A DNA stretch of 11,552 nt from Verrucomicrobiota bacterium (GCA_008932965.1 WBXG01000057.1:1-11552), one strand, 5' to 3'. Counted from the stretch's first letter, positions 1 to 7,213 are shown. Translations and numbers: made by a program. The notes: generated by a model not told the origin, from the letters alone.

Positions 1-1165
1 AAGGAAGTTTCTCCTTCCAAGTGCGCATGGCAGCACGTTGCACCGCTTCATAAGCAATTTTGCGAGCCATCCCACGATCGGTAAGTTCTAAGAGAACAGC
101 CTGGCTTCCATAGAGGCCATGAGTGAGTTCCATATTACGGGCCATATTTTCAGGATAGATCTGGAGTCCCTCAACAAGCTTTGTGAGAAGATGCAACATA
201 TAATCAAGCAAGGTGCATGAATCGGGCAAAATAATCCGCTCCACGCTGCTATGACTAATATCGCGTTCATGCCAGAGTGCCACATTTTCCATGGCAGCTT
301 GAGCATTGCCACGCAAGATACGAGCTAGTCCGCAGAGACGTTCACCCGTAATAGGATTCCGTTTGTGAGGCATCGCAGAACTTCCTTTTTGACCTTCACT
401 AAAATATTCTTCAACTTCTAAAACTTCGGTACGTTGAAGGTGACGGAATTCTGTAGCCCAGCGGTCAATGCTACAACCAACAAGGGCCACCGTAGTCATA
501 AACTCAGCATGGCGATCACGCTGTAATATTTGTGTTGAAAGGGCTGCAGGTTTCAGGCCGAGGCGGTGACAGACGTAGGCCTCTACTCGTGGATCTAAAT
601 GAGCATGTGTGCCGACAGCACCGCTGAGCATGCCGATAGCCACGCGCTCACGCATCTGTATGAGGCGTTCTTTTGCACGACTCAATTCATCGTACATCAC
701 CCCTAACTTCAATCCAAAGGTGATTGGTTCAGCATGAATTCCGTGACTTCGACCGATTGTTGGAGTGAATTGATGTTCTAGAGCGCGCTTTGCAACAGCT
801 CTTTGGAGTAAGTTGATTTCTTCTAAAAAAAGACTGATTGATTCGCTCATTTGTACCGCAAGGGTCGTATCAAGGAGATCCGAAGAGGTGAGACCCCGAT
901 GAATCCAACGTGCCGGATCTCCAACATAGGAAGCGACATTTTCTAAAAAAGCAATCACATCGTGGTTGGTGCGTTTTTCAATTTCTGCAATCGCCTCACG
1001 TGAAAAAGCTCCTTTTTCTCGAATGATTACAGCATCTTCGCGAGGAATAATGCCGAGCTCTGCCATTCCTTCACAGGCTAAGATTTCGATCTCAAGCCAA
1101 AGTTCATATTTGCGCTGCTCTGACCAAAGCGAGCGCATTGTAGGTCTGCTATAACGTTCAATCAT
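1..1165 (-). CDS. purB: Adenylosuccinate lyase, partial (C-terminus lies beyond the window start)
   Basis: I translated the minus strand by hand from the ATG at 1165-1163. It gives MIERYSRPTMRSLWSEQRKYELWLEIEILACEGMAELGIIPRED...NHDVIAFLENVASYVGDPARWIHRGLTSSDLLDTTLAVQM...SSAMPHKRNP. The HxGxTSSD(L)xDT and SSAMPHKRNP signatures are typical of the fumarase/ASL superfamily and of PurB. The frame stays open to position 1, so the six-frame track does not list it. Confidence 0.9.
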   Translation of the reverse strand, partial: MIERYSRPTMRSLWSEQRKYELWLEIEILACEGMAELGIIPREDAVIIREKGAFSREAIAEIEKRTNHDVIAFLENVASYVGDPARWIHRGLTSSDLLDTTLAVQMSESISLFLEEINLLQRAVAKRALEHQFTPTIGRSHGIHAEPITFGLKLGVMYDELSRAKERLIQMRERVAIGMLSGAVGTHAHLDPRVEAYVCHRLGLKPAALSTQILQRDRHAEFMTTVALVGCSIDRWATEFRHLQRTEVLEVEEYFSEGQKGSSAMPHKRNPITGERLCGLARILRGNAQAAMENVALWHERDISHSSVERIILPDSCTLLDYMLHLLTKLVEGLQIYPENMARNMELTHGLYGSQAVLLELTDRGMARKIAYEAVQRAAMRTWKEKLP

Positions 1166-1213
1166 AAAGGGACCTAATATAATCCATTTACTTTAAAATA
1201 ACACAAAATTCAC

Positions 1214-2134
1214 TTACTTATGAAACAAGGCTTGTCTCATTATTTCGATCGGTGGATCTTGTTCAAACCAGATTTGAAAAGCTAATGCTCCCTGATACAA
1301 GAGCATGGAGAGTCCATTAGTGGCCTGAGAACCTGCTTGGAGTGCCGATTTCATCAAGGGGGTTGTTGTGGAAGAGTAGACGATATCATAGCAATATTGA
1401 TCCTCATTAAACAAATGAGGTGAGATGAGAAGAGGATCATTCTCACTCATCCCAACCGAAGTGGCATTCACAATAAGATCAACGTGAGGCATGACCGAGG
1501 CAATGCCAGCATCGCTTAATTCCACTGTATGAATGGGAATGGTGCCCTTGGAAAATTGGGAAAGTCTTTCCACCTCTGCTGTTAGAGTCTCTGGGGTTCG
1601 GCTTGCTACATAGAGTTCCAAACAACCCCCTAAAATACATTGAGCTGCAATGGCCCTCCCAGCACCACCACTCGCTCCTAGAATCAGAATGCGCTGAGAC
1701 GGAAGCAGTAAATTCCATTCCTCTTTAAGTGCTGTGACAAAACCGGGACCATCGGTGTTGTAACCAAATAACTTTTCATTACGAATGGAGATCGTATTAA
1801 CTGAACCTAAAAAGGTAGCTTGGTCGCTCACTTTATGAAGGTAGGGGAGAATAGCCCTTTTGTGAGGGAGCGTAATGTTGAGTCCAAGAAATCCAAGGTG
1901 AACAAGCTTTTGAAGTGTTAGGTCAAGTTCTTCTGGCCTCACTTCAATAGAAATGTAGTTGTAAGGAAGCCGAGCTTCCTGAAGTGCTGCATTCTGCATA
2001 GGGGAAGAGATCGAATGAGCTACAGGAAACCCAAGAAGAGCATATCTATCTTCTGCTTGGAGAAGTGACAAGGGATCTTTACTAGCGATGAGATCAGATG
2101 CCTTTAGAACCGAAGTTGGTAAAGAGGAAAACAT
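1214..2134 (-). CDS. aroE: Shikimate 5-dehydrogenase
   Basis: 306-aa ORF with AroE hallmarks: LLGFPVAHSISSPMQN, LNITLPHK, GSVNT, GYNTDGPGF and a Rossmann motif ILGASGGAGRAIA. About 30 aa precede the conserved core, so the exact start is uncertain. Confidence 0.88.
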   Translation of the reverse strand: MFSSLPTSVLKASDLIASKDPLSLLQAEDRYALLGFPVAHSISSPMQNAALQEARLPYNYISIEVRPEELDLTLQKLVHLGFLGLNITLPHKRAILPYLHKVSDQATFLGSVNTISIRNEKLFGYNTDGPGFVTALKEEWNLLLPSQRILILGASGGAGRAIAAQCILGGCLELYVASRTPETLTAEVERLSQFSKGTIPIHTVELSDAGIASVMPHVDLIVNATSVGMSENDPLLISPHLFNEDQYCYDIVYSSTTTPLMKSALQAGSQATNGLSMLLYQGALAFQIWFEQDPPIEIMRQALFHK

Positions 2135-2170
2135 TGTTTGTGATTTTCAATGAACCCCCGAAATCTTATA

Positions 2171-2198
2171 ACACTTCAGTATGAAATATTCGGGCTAA
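2171..2198 (+). repeat. Solo right terminus of the TTARCCCGGATATTTCAT repeat family, with a possible minimal two-terminus remnant from 2157
   Basis: Positions 2171-2194 (acacttcagtatgaaatattcggg) are identical over 24 nt to 9148-9171, the right end of the full copy at 8989-9175. The upstream stretch cccgaaatcttata (2157-2170) is a degenerate inverted partner. The terminal CTAA (2195-2198) read on the minus strand is TTAG, and it contains the TAG stop of ORF 2195-2977. Confidence 0.8.
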
Positions 2199-2977
2199 TC
2201 CTCGGAATCGGTGATTCCTCCTTGAAGTTGATCAACCTCTTCGGAAGCACGTGAAAGTTGTTGTATACCAAAAGCAAACTCGCCTTGGAGATCTCTCGAC
2301 TTTCTATGCATGATTGTATACTGATTTTGATTTTCAGGTGGTATGATCACTCCTTTATCTAAGCCTTCATTAACGACCTCTTTATAGTAATACATAGCAC
2401 TTTGTATTTCACTAAGAGAAGCCTTAGATTCTTGAATCGTTTCTGAAATAAATCTTGGAAGATCCTCTTCTTGCAATAGTTCAGTTGAATTTAAGGGTCG
2501 GTAGAGATGTGTTCTTTGATTTAAGTAATTTGATGCTTCGGTGATGACCTCTTTAGCTCTGTTAAGGAGACGATCTGCTTTTTCGAGTTTTTCTCCCCAG
2601 CTAGTAAGCGCATCATGGAGCTTTTCTTCATGGGTAGGTATGATTTCATCATTCTTCAGAAGATCTTGTGAGGAGTTAGTGGAGATAGGAGTAAATTTTT
2701 CTAATGGTGAGGAGCCTCTCTTAGTGGGGGATTCCTCTTCTGTAAATTCAGAAGAAGTTGTGTCAATGGATTGACTACTAGGTGTCACACTTCTATCACT
2801 AGGTGTCACACTATGAGGGCTCTGAAGTCCAATGGGCCGAAAAGGAGATGAATTGCTAAGGCTTTCTATCGATTGAGAATTGAAATGACCTATCGCTGGG
2901 TTGCTACTAGTTTCGGGTTCTAAAGAGTGTGAACCAGAGTCTCTTGAAATAGAAGTTGTTGGTATTTTTGCATTCAT
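2195..2977 (-). CDS. Hypothetical protein with a Ser/Thr/Pro-rich low-complexity N-terminal half and a charged, probably helical C-terminal half
   Basis: 260-aa ORF starting 15 bp downstream of gltX on the same strand. I see no recognisable catalytic motif, signal peptide or TM segment. The first ~110 aa are S/T/P/E-rich. The last ~150 aa are rich in E/K/L/Q (EKLHDALTSWGEKLEKADRLLNRAKEVITEA...). Calling it coding rests on ORF length and operon position only. Confidence 0.55.
   Translation of the reverse strand: MNAKIPTTSISRDSGSHSLEPETSSNPAIGHFNSQSIESLSNSSPFRPIGLQSPHSVTPSDRSVTPSSQSIDTTSSEFTEEESPTKRGSSPLEKFTPISTNSSQDLLKNDEIIPTHEEKLHDALTSWGEKLEKADRLLNRAKEVITEASNYLNQRTHLYRPLNSTELLQEEDLPRFISETIQESKASLSEIQSAMYYYKEVVNEGLDKGVIIPPENQNQYTIMHRKSRDLQGEFAFGIQQLSRASEEVDQLQGGITDSED
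2777..2812 (-). repeat. In-frame 21-bp direct duplication inside the hypothetical ORF
   Basis: actaggtgtcacact occurs at 2777-2791 and again at 2798-2812, a 21-bp period. It encodes the duplicated peptide SVTPS(DR)SVTPS in the low-complexity N-terminal half. Confidence 0.85.
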
Positions 2978-2992
2978 CTAATGAGGTTTTTT

Positions 2993-4312
2993 TTAATGAG
3001 TTCCTGCAAGTAATCGTTGGATCGTTTTCTCCCGTCCTAGGATTTCAAACATTTCGTAGAGACCGGCTCCTACGGAACGTCCACTCACCGCGACGCGTGC
3101 AGGATGCACGAGTTCACCAGTTTTTACTCCAAGCTTCGATGCAGTCTCTTTCAACCTAGCCTCAATGGAAGTGGCCTCCCAGTCTTCAAGCAACAATAGA
3201 GCCTCTGCTAAAGCTTCTAGGCGGTTATGAGCATCTGGACTTGAGAGATTTTTTGCAACTGCAGTTTCATCATAAGGAAAATCATCGCTGAAAAAACAAC
3301 GCACCCAATCGGGAAGATCAGGGAGTGATTTGATTTTGGGTTTTACAATGGAGAGCACTTTTTCAAGCATCTCCCAGCTCTCCCAAGTGATACCTGCTTT
3401 TTCTAGAAACGGGAGTGCAAGTTCGGTATAACGGGCCAAATCCATATGTAGTAAATATTGGCCATTCATCCAAAAACATTTGTCGACATCAAAAGCAGCA
3501 CTACGGCGATTGATATTGTGAAGTTCAAAAAGTTGGATTACTTCGGCTGTCTCAAGGATCTCACGATTATCTTTTGGAGACCATCCTAAGAGGGAAAGAT
3601 AGTTGCGCACTGCTTCTGGAGCATATCCTTCCTGTGGGTAAATTCCCATGTTGGCCCCTTGATCTCGTTTGCTCATTTTACTTCCGTCACGATTCAAGAT
3701 GAGTGGGGTATGGGCAAAATGGGGAGGCTCTGCCCCAAGAGCTTTGTAGAGTTCCAAATGTTTTGGAGTATTTGAAAGATGATCTTCACCTCGAATGACG
3801 TGACTAATCTGCATCTCAATATCATCGACAACGTTGACAAAATGAAAAATCCAAGAGCCATCAGGACGACGGAGTGTAATATCAGGATGAGTTCCAGGAT
3901 TAGTGAGATCAAACTCAATACTTCCACAAATTAGGTCATGAACGATCACTTTTTGACGCGGGGAGCGAAAGCGGATCGCCCCCTTTTCTTCATAGAGGTG
4001 CCCTCCCATCTCCAGACGCTGGAGATACTCTTCGTAAATCGCATTGCGTTCACTCTGATAGTAAGGACCATAGTTTCCTCCTTTTTGAGGACCTTCATCC
4101 CAGTCCAACCCTAGCCAATGAAGTCCATTAAAGATGATCTGCTTTGCCTCCTCAGTATTACGACTATGATCGGTATCTTCAACTCTTAGAATAAATGTTC
4201 CAGCATGCTTGCGTGCGTAAATCCAGTTAAAAAGAGCTGTGCGAGCACCCCCTACGTGAAGAAGGCCCGTGGGTGAGGGAGCAAAACGAGTGCGAATAGG
4301 ACGAGTTGGCAT
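2993..4312 (-). CDS. gltX: Glutamyl-tRNA synthetase (class I)
   Basis: 439-aa ORF. It has the HIGH-type motif PSPTGLLHVGGARTALFNW, the KMSKS motif GSKMSKRDQG, and the conserved GluRS blocks RVEDTD and GPYYQSER. Confidence 0.92.
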   Translation of the reverse strand: MPTRPIRTRFAPSPTGLLHVGGARTALFNWIYARKHAGTFILRVEDTDHSRNTEEAKQIIFNGLHWLGLDWDEGPQKGGNYGPYYQSERNAIYEEYLQRLEMGGHLYEEKGAIRFRSPRQKVIVHDLICGSIEFDLTNPGTHPDITLRRPDGSWIFHFVNVVDDIEMQISHVIRGEDHLSNTPKHLELYKALGAEPPHFAHTPLILNRDGSKMSKRDQGANMGIYPQEGYAPEAVRNYLSLLGWSPKDNREILETAEVIQLFELHNINRRSAAFDVDKCFWMNGQYLLHMDLARYTELALPFLEKAGITWESWEMLEKVLSIVKPKIKSLPDLPDWVRCFFSDDFPYDETAVAKNLSSPDAHNRLEALAEALLLLEDWEATSIEARLKETASKLGVKTGELVHPARVAVSGRSVGAGLYEMFEILGREKTIQRLLAGTH

Positions 4313-4385
4313 AGTTTTGGAAGATAATAGTTCCCTACCAGTAATACAGATCCAAGAACAATGCCAGCTATAACTTGATTTTCCG

Positions 4386-4659
4386 TTAACCCAAATATTT
4401 CATCCTGATCGTGACGAGGAGGCCTCGAAGGCTGATAGAGAACCACCGGCGGTTGGGAGACCGCGGGGGAGACTGCCGGAGACTTCCTTGAGGCAGCCCT
4501 GAAAGGGCGAGACGAGCTGGAGCGAGCGAGTCAACGCAGGCGAGTATTTTGACTCAGGGCTGTATGAGTCCCTGCCGCCCAAGTCAAAATGGAGTCTAGC
4601 ACAGCATCCCACTGACTACCCGGCTTCCTTAGTAGATCAGGATGGAATATTTGGTTTAA
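4386..4659 (-). mobile_element. MITE-like non-autonomous element, copy A (274 bp, opposite orientation to copies C and D)
   Basis: The left end is ttaacccaaatatttcatcctgatc. The reverse complement of the right end is ttaaaccaaatattccatcctgatc, giving a 25-bp TIR with 2 mismatches. Both ends are flanked by TA within TTAA. The reverse complement of the interior (attttgacttgggcggcagggactcatacagccc) matches copy C (attttgacttggacagtagggactcc) and copy D (ggcagtaggaactcatacagccc). The cagccttcgaggcctcctcgtcacgatcagg arm matches copy B. The core is about 60-68% GC against about 45% for the flanks. No credible ORF is present. Confidence 0.85.
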
Positions 4660-4811
4660 TCTGCGGGCTAGAAAAAATGATGAACCAATTTCAAGATGAA
4701 ATGACTCGTTTTTTGTGGGTCGAAGGAGGGTCAGGAGAAAATGTGAATAACTTGCGAGTAACCAGTACCTCAAAAATTGTCTCAACAGTTCTCTTTTTGT
4801 GATTGACGGTA

Positions 4812-4856
4812 GTGTGAAATAGTGGGAGAAAGTGGGGGTAAATGGAGCGAAATGGT
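4812..4856 (+). promoter_or_regulatory. Putative MraZ operator made of five direct repeat boxes at exact 10-bp phasing
   Basis: The boxes are GTGTG (4812), GTGGG (4822), GTGGG (4832), ATGGA (4842) and ATGGT (4852), each followed by an A-rich 5-nt spacer. The array ends 31 bp upstream of the mraZ ATG. MraZ proteins are known to autoregulate through phased TGGGN/GTGG-type direct repeats in the dcw promoter region. Confidence 0.65.
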
Positions 4857-4887
4857 TAAATTTACCATTCCTCAAAATTAGTAGTTT

Positions 4888-5340
4888 ATGTCCTCCTCTC
4901 TTCCCACATCATTGATTTACGCTGGCACTTTTGAGCGTGTCATGGATGGGAAGCATCGTGTGACCATCCCAGCAGCTTGGTTGGCACAGGGAATTAGCGA
5001 ATTTCACGCGATTCCAAATCCAAGCGAAGAATGTCTTATTGTGATGCCTCCTCATGAATTTCAAGTGATCGAGGAACGTATTGAACAGAGTGGGGCTGCT
5101 GCTCCAGAACGTCGTAAAGCGATTCGACAGTTTTATAGTCGTGCACGTGCTATCTGCGCAGATGCTCAAGGACGGATCCTTTTTTCCGAAGAACAATGTA
5201 GTCCACTCCAACTCAAAGGAGAGGTGGTGCTTGTTGGTGGCCGGAGTCGTTTTGAAATCTGGAATGCAACAAGGTGGCATGCAGTTGCTACCGAGGAGCA
5301 TGATTCTTTCAGAAATATAGCTCATCTCATTGGACTTTAA
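4888..5340 (+). CDS. mraZ: Transcriptional regulator MraZ
   Basis: 150-aa ORF in first position of the dcw cluster. It has two SpoVT/AbrB-like half-domains with the MraZ DxxxR signature: MDGKHRVTIPAAW and DAQGRILFSEEQ. The start could instead be the TTG at 4912, which would give the usual short N-terminus (M)IYAGTF. Confidence 0.85.
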   Translation: MSSSLPTSLIYAGTFERVMDGKHRVTIPAAWLAQGISEFHAIPNPSEECLIVMPPHEFQVIEERIEQSGAAAPERRKAIRQFYSRARAICADAQGRILFSEEQCSPLQLKGEVVLVGGRSRFEIWNATRWHAVATEEHDSFRNIAHLIGL

Positions 5341-5547
5341 TTTTCTCGAAATATGTCCTTTATTCCACTTCCACGACTCTTTCAATCCTCTCTGTTCCAA
5401 AAAATGGAAAGAGAGATGAGTCCTTTCCTCTGGTGCCACGGCCGAAAGTCGTTATCCCTCCCTTCTCACAAGCCATCACCTTCCTTTGATTGTACTAGCG
5501 ATCGAGTATTTTCTTTGAGAGCACCTTTTCAAAAGAAAGCTGTTCCT

Positions 5548-6516
5548 ATGGCAAAAAAGAAGGAGACCCAAGGGAAGATGGATGAGCACAAGCCATTTGT
5601 CCATAAATCGGTATTAGCTAAGGAAGTCGTTGATTTTTTGCAACCTAAACCAGGAATGACCATTCTAGATGGAACGCTTGGGGGTGGGGGGCATACCGAG
5701 TTGTTTTTAAAAGCAGGAGCAACTGTTATTGGACTCGACCGAGATCCTGAGGCTCTTGCTTTTGCTTCAGAGCGGCTGAAAATATATGGTGACCGTTTTA
5801 TTCCTAAAGAAGGAAATTATGTGGATGCAGATAAATATCTCTCAGCCATTGGTATTCCAAGAGTGGATGGAATTTTGCTCGATTTAGGAGTCTCTTCCTA
5901 TCAGCTAGATACTGCTGAAAGAGGATTTTCTTTTCAAAAAGAGGGTCCACTTGACATGCGCATGGGTAATTCTTCTACAACTGCTGCAGACATTATTAAT
6001 AGCGCCCCTCTGAGTGAGTTGCTTTCTATTTTTCGCAATTATGGCGACGAGCCACGTGCCATGATGATGGCGACACGTATCATTCGAGAGCGTCAGCATC
6101 AAGTCATCACAACAACCACACAACTATCATCAATCGTGGCTGCTGGAATGCCTCTAGGACCGCGTCACCCAGCAACACGTATTTTTCAAGCATTACGTAT
6201 TGCTGTGAATGAAGAGATTAGCCAGCTTGAAGAGGCACTACCTCGACTTTCCAATATTCTAGAGCCAAAAGGACTGATCGGAGGCGGACGTCTGGCAATC
6301 ATTACCTTTCATTCTCTGGAGGATCGCCCCGTTAAAAGATTCTTTCGTAAACATGCAGCCGTTGAGCTCGATGACCCAACATGGGCAGCACCTCGACCCA
6401 ATCCCGATCGTATTTTTACTCTTCCTAAAAATTGGTCATTAGAAGCTTCCCCAGAGGAGATCTCCAAAAATCCACGAGCTCGTAGTGCTAGATTACGGAT
6501 GGCCGAGCACCTTTAA
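5548..6516 (+). CDS. rsmH: 16S rRNA (cytosine1402-N4)-methyltransferase RsmH/MraW
   Basis: Conserved RsmH blocks are present: HKSVLAKEVVDFL, the SAM-binding DGTLGGGGH, LDLGVSSYQLD, RGFSF, GPLDMRM, FHSLEDRPVK and NPRARSARLR. The ORF is open from 5353, but the first 65 codons are low-complexity and lie upstream of where RsmH homology begins. ATG 5548 gives 322 aa, and ATG 5578, which follows AAGGAG at 5561-5566, is the alternative. Both give a normal length. Confidence 0.85.
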   Translation: MAKKKETQGKMDEHKPFVHKSVLAKEVVDFLQPKPGMTILDGTLGGGGHTELFLKAGATVIGLDRDPEALAFASERLKIYGDRFIPKEGNYVDADKYLSAIGIPRVDGILLDLGVSSYQLDTAERGFSFQKEGPLDMRMGNSSTTAADIINSAPLSELLSIFRNYGDEPRAMMMATRIIRERQHQVITTTTQLSSIVAAGMPLGPRHPATRIFQALRIAVNEEISQLEEALPRLSNILEPKGLIGGGRLAIITFHSLEDRPVKRFFRKHAAVELDDPTWAAPRPNPDRIFTLPKNWSLEASPEEISKNPRARSARLRMAEHL

Positions 6517-6547
6517 GGATCGATGTTCCTAATAACATTTATTTTTT

Positions 6548-6579
6548 CTAGCCTGCATATTTCATACAAATCGTGACAG
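6548..6579. repeat. Solo terminus of the same repeat family in the rsmH-ftsL spacer
   Basis: ctagcctgcatatttcatacaaatcgtgacag aligns with the left end of copy B, ttagcccggatatttcatgctgaatcgtgacga, at roughly 25 of 32 positions. The alignment includes the atatttcat and aatcgtgac blocks. No inverted partner is visible nearby. Confidence 0.7.
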
Positions 6580-6619
6580 TTTTTTCACCTCCCTATCAAA
6601 AAAAGCGATTAATACAACA

Positions 6620-6994
6620 ATGAACCGTCTTCATACACAACCCTCTAATCGTCGTCGGACAAATAATGGTATTGAGGTCCCTTTGCTCGCCCAATGGCTT
6701 GTGGTGTTTTTTATGCTCGGCTTGTTAGGTCTCTTTTTTGTCTACCTAAAAAATCAGCAACATGCACTTGGAGAACAGACACGCCTTGTAGAACAAAAAA
6801 TAACAGAACTACGTGCGCATCATGATGCCCTTAATGCAAAAGTCACTGCACTCACCTCTCGTGGAGCATTACAGCGACGACTCGATGAAAAATATTTGGA
6901 TCTTATCCCAATTACAGAAACAGCAATCGCAAGAACAAATCCTACTTCTAACTCAAGTGAAGAGAAAGCAATGAGGACGGCTTCATTTCCTTAG
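6620..6994 (+). CDS. ftsL: Cell division protein FtsL-like (bitopic membrane protein with a coiled coil)
   Basis: 124-aa ORF in the canonical position between rsmH and ftsI. It has a basic N-terminus (NRRRTNN), one hydrophobic TM segment (LLAQWLVVFFMLGLLGLFFVYL), then a heptad-like helical region (QTRLVEQKITELRAHHDALNAKVTAL). The call rests on topology and synteny, not on sequence motifs. Its TAG stop (6992-6994) lies inside the terminus of repeat copy B. Confidence 0.65.
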   Translation: MNRLHTQPSNRRRTNNGIEVPLLAQWLVVFFMLGLLGLFFVYLKNQQHALGEQTRLVEQKITELRAHHDALNAKVTALTSRGALQRRLDEKYLDLIPITETAIARTNPTSNSSEEKAMRTASFP

Positions 6995-7170
6995 CCCGGA
7001 TATTTCATGCTGAATCGTGACGAGGAAGCTGCAAGGGGAGATGGATTTTTTGTTGAGCTCGAAGTCTCCTCGAGCAGGCGCACGCAGCCTTCATCAGCCT
7101 TTATCACTAGCCTTATCCCATCAGCCTTCGCAGCCTCTTCGTCACGATCAGGGTGAAATATCTGGGCTAA
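6991..7170 (+). mobile_element. MITE-like element, copy B (180 bp) with long imperfect TIRs of about 45-50 bp
   Basis: The left end is ttagcccggatatttcatgctgaatcgtgacgaggaagctgcaagg. The reverse complement of the right end is ttagcccagatatttcaccctgatcgtgacgaagaggctgcgaagg, matching at about 44 of 50 aligned positions. It is flanked by TA on both sides (tTAg...cTAa). A central palindrome gagctcgaagtctcctcgagc is present. The overlapping ORFs 7017-7202(+) and 6991-7230(-) are translated repeat sequence, not genes. Confidence 0.88.
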
Positions 7171-7213
7171 ACCTTCTTTCCTTCTTTGTAGGTTCCTACT
7201 AACATTTAAGGTT

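Noticed and set aside
1166-1213. AT-rich purB-aroE spacer containing TATAAT (1178-1183, plus strand) and a possible minus-strand TTGTGT...TATATT promoter for purB.
   Set aside because: The perfect TATAAT points away from any gene. The minus-strand candidate needs a 19-nt spacer. The region is too AT-rich and too short to support a promoter call from sequence alone.
2110-2134. The aroE and mraZ ORFs begin with nearly the same peptide, MFSSLPTSV and MSSSLPTSL.
   Set aside because: The nucleotide sequences differ at most codons (atgttttcctctttaccaacttcggtt against atgtcctcctctcttcccacatcattg), so this is not a DNA repeat. It is probably chance in S/L/P/T-rich N-terminal extensions whose true starts may lie downstream.
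2541-2774. 77-aa plus-strand ORF and other short ORFs (88-312, 966-1154, 1479-1718, 2956-3159, 3694-3927, 5905-6123, 7259-7501, 7997-8179, 8420-8722, 10180-10482, 10311-10679, 10900-11278).
   Set aside because: All are nested within, or antisense to, strongly supported conserved CDSs (purB, aroE, gltX, rsmH, ftsI, murE, murF) and have no motifs of their own.
4252-4446. 64-aa minus-strand ORF with a hydrophobic stretch (VIAGIVLGSVLLVGNYY), considered as a possible small membrane protein upstream of gltX.
   Set aside because: Its only ATG lies inside the repeat terminus. Its N-terminus (PPRHDQDEIFGL) is the same translated TIR seen in ORF 7017-7202 (PLRHDQGEISGL). It also overlaps the gltX start out of frame. 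It is most likely an artefact of the repeat.
4531-4875. 114-aa minus-strand ORF upstream of mraZ, and the 70-aa ORF at 4400-4612.
   Set aside because: Both run through repeat copy A and the putative MraZ operator. Their sequences are translated repeat or regulatory DNA with no start context or motifs.
4909-5439. 176-aa ORF antisense to mraZ. The 79-aa ORF at 5081-5320 is in an alternative frame.
   Set aside because: It overlaps the well-supported mraZ CDS entirely on the opposite strand, shows no recognisable motifs and has Cys/Trp-rich odd composition. This is a typical shadow ORF.
5353-5547. Long N-terminal extension that would make RsmH 387 aa.
   Set aside because: The extension has no similarity to RsmH N-termini and is low-complexity and Cys/Trp-containing. 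Internal ATGs at 5548 or 5578 give a canonical ~320-aa protein.
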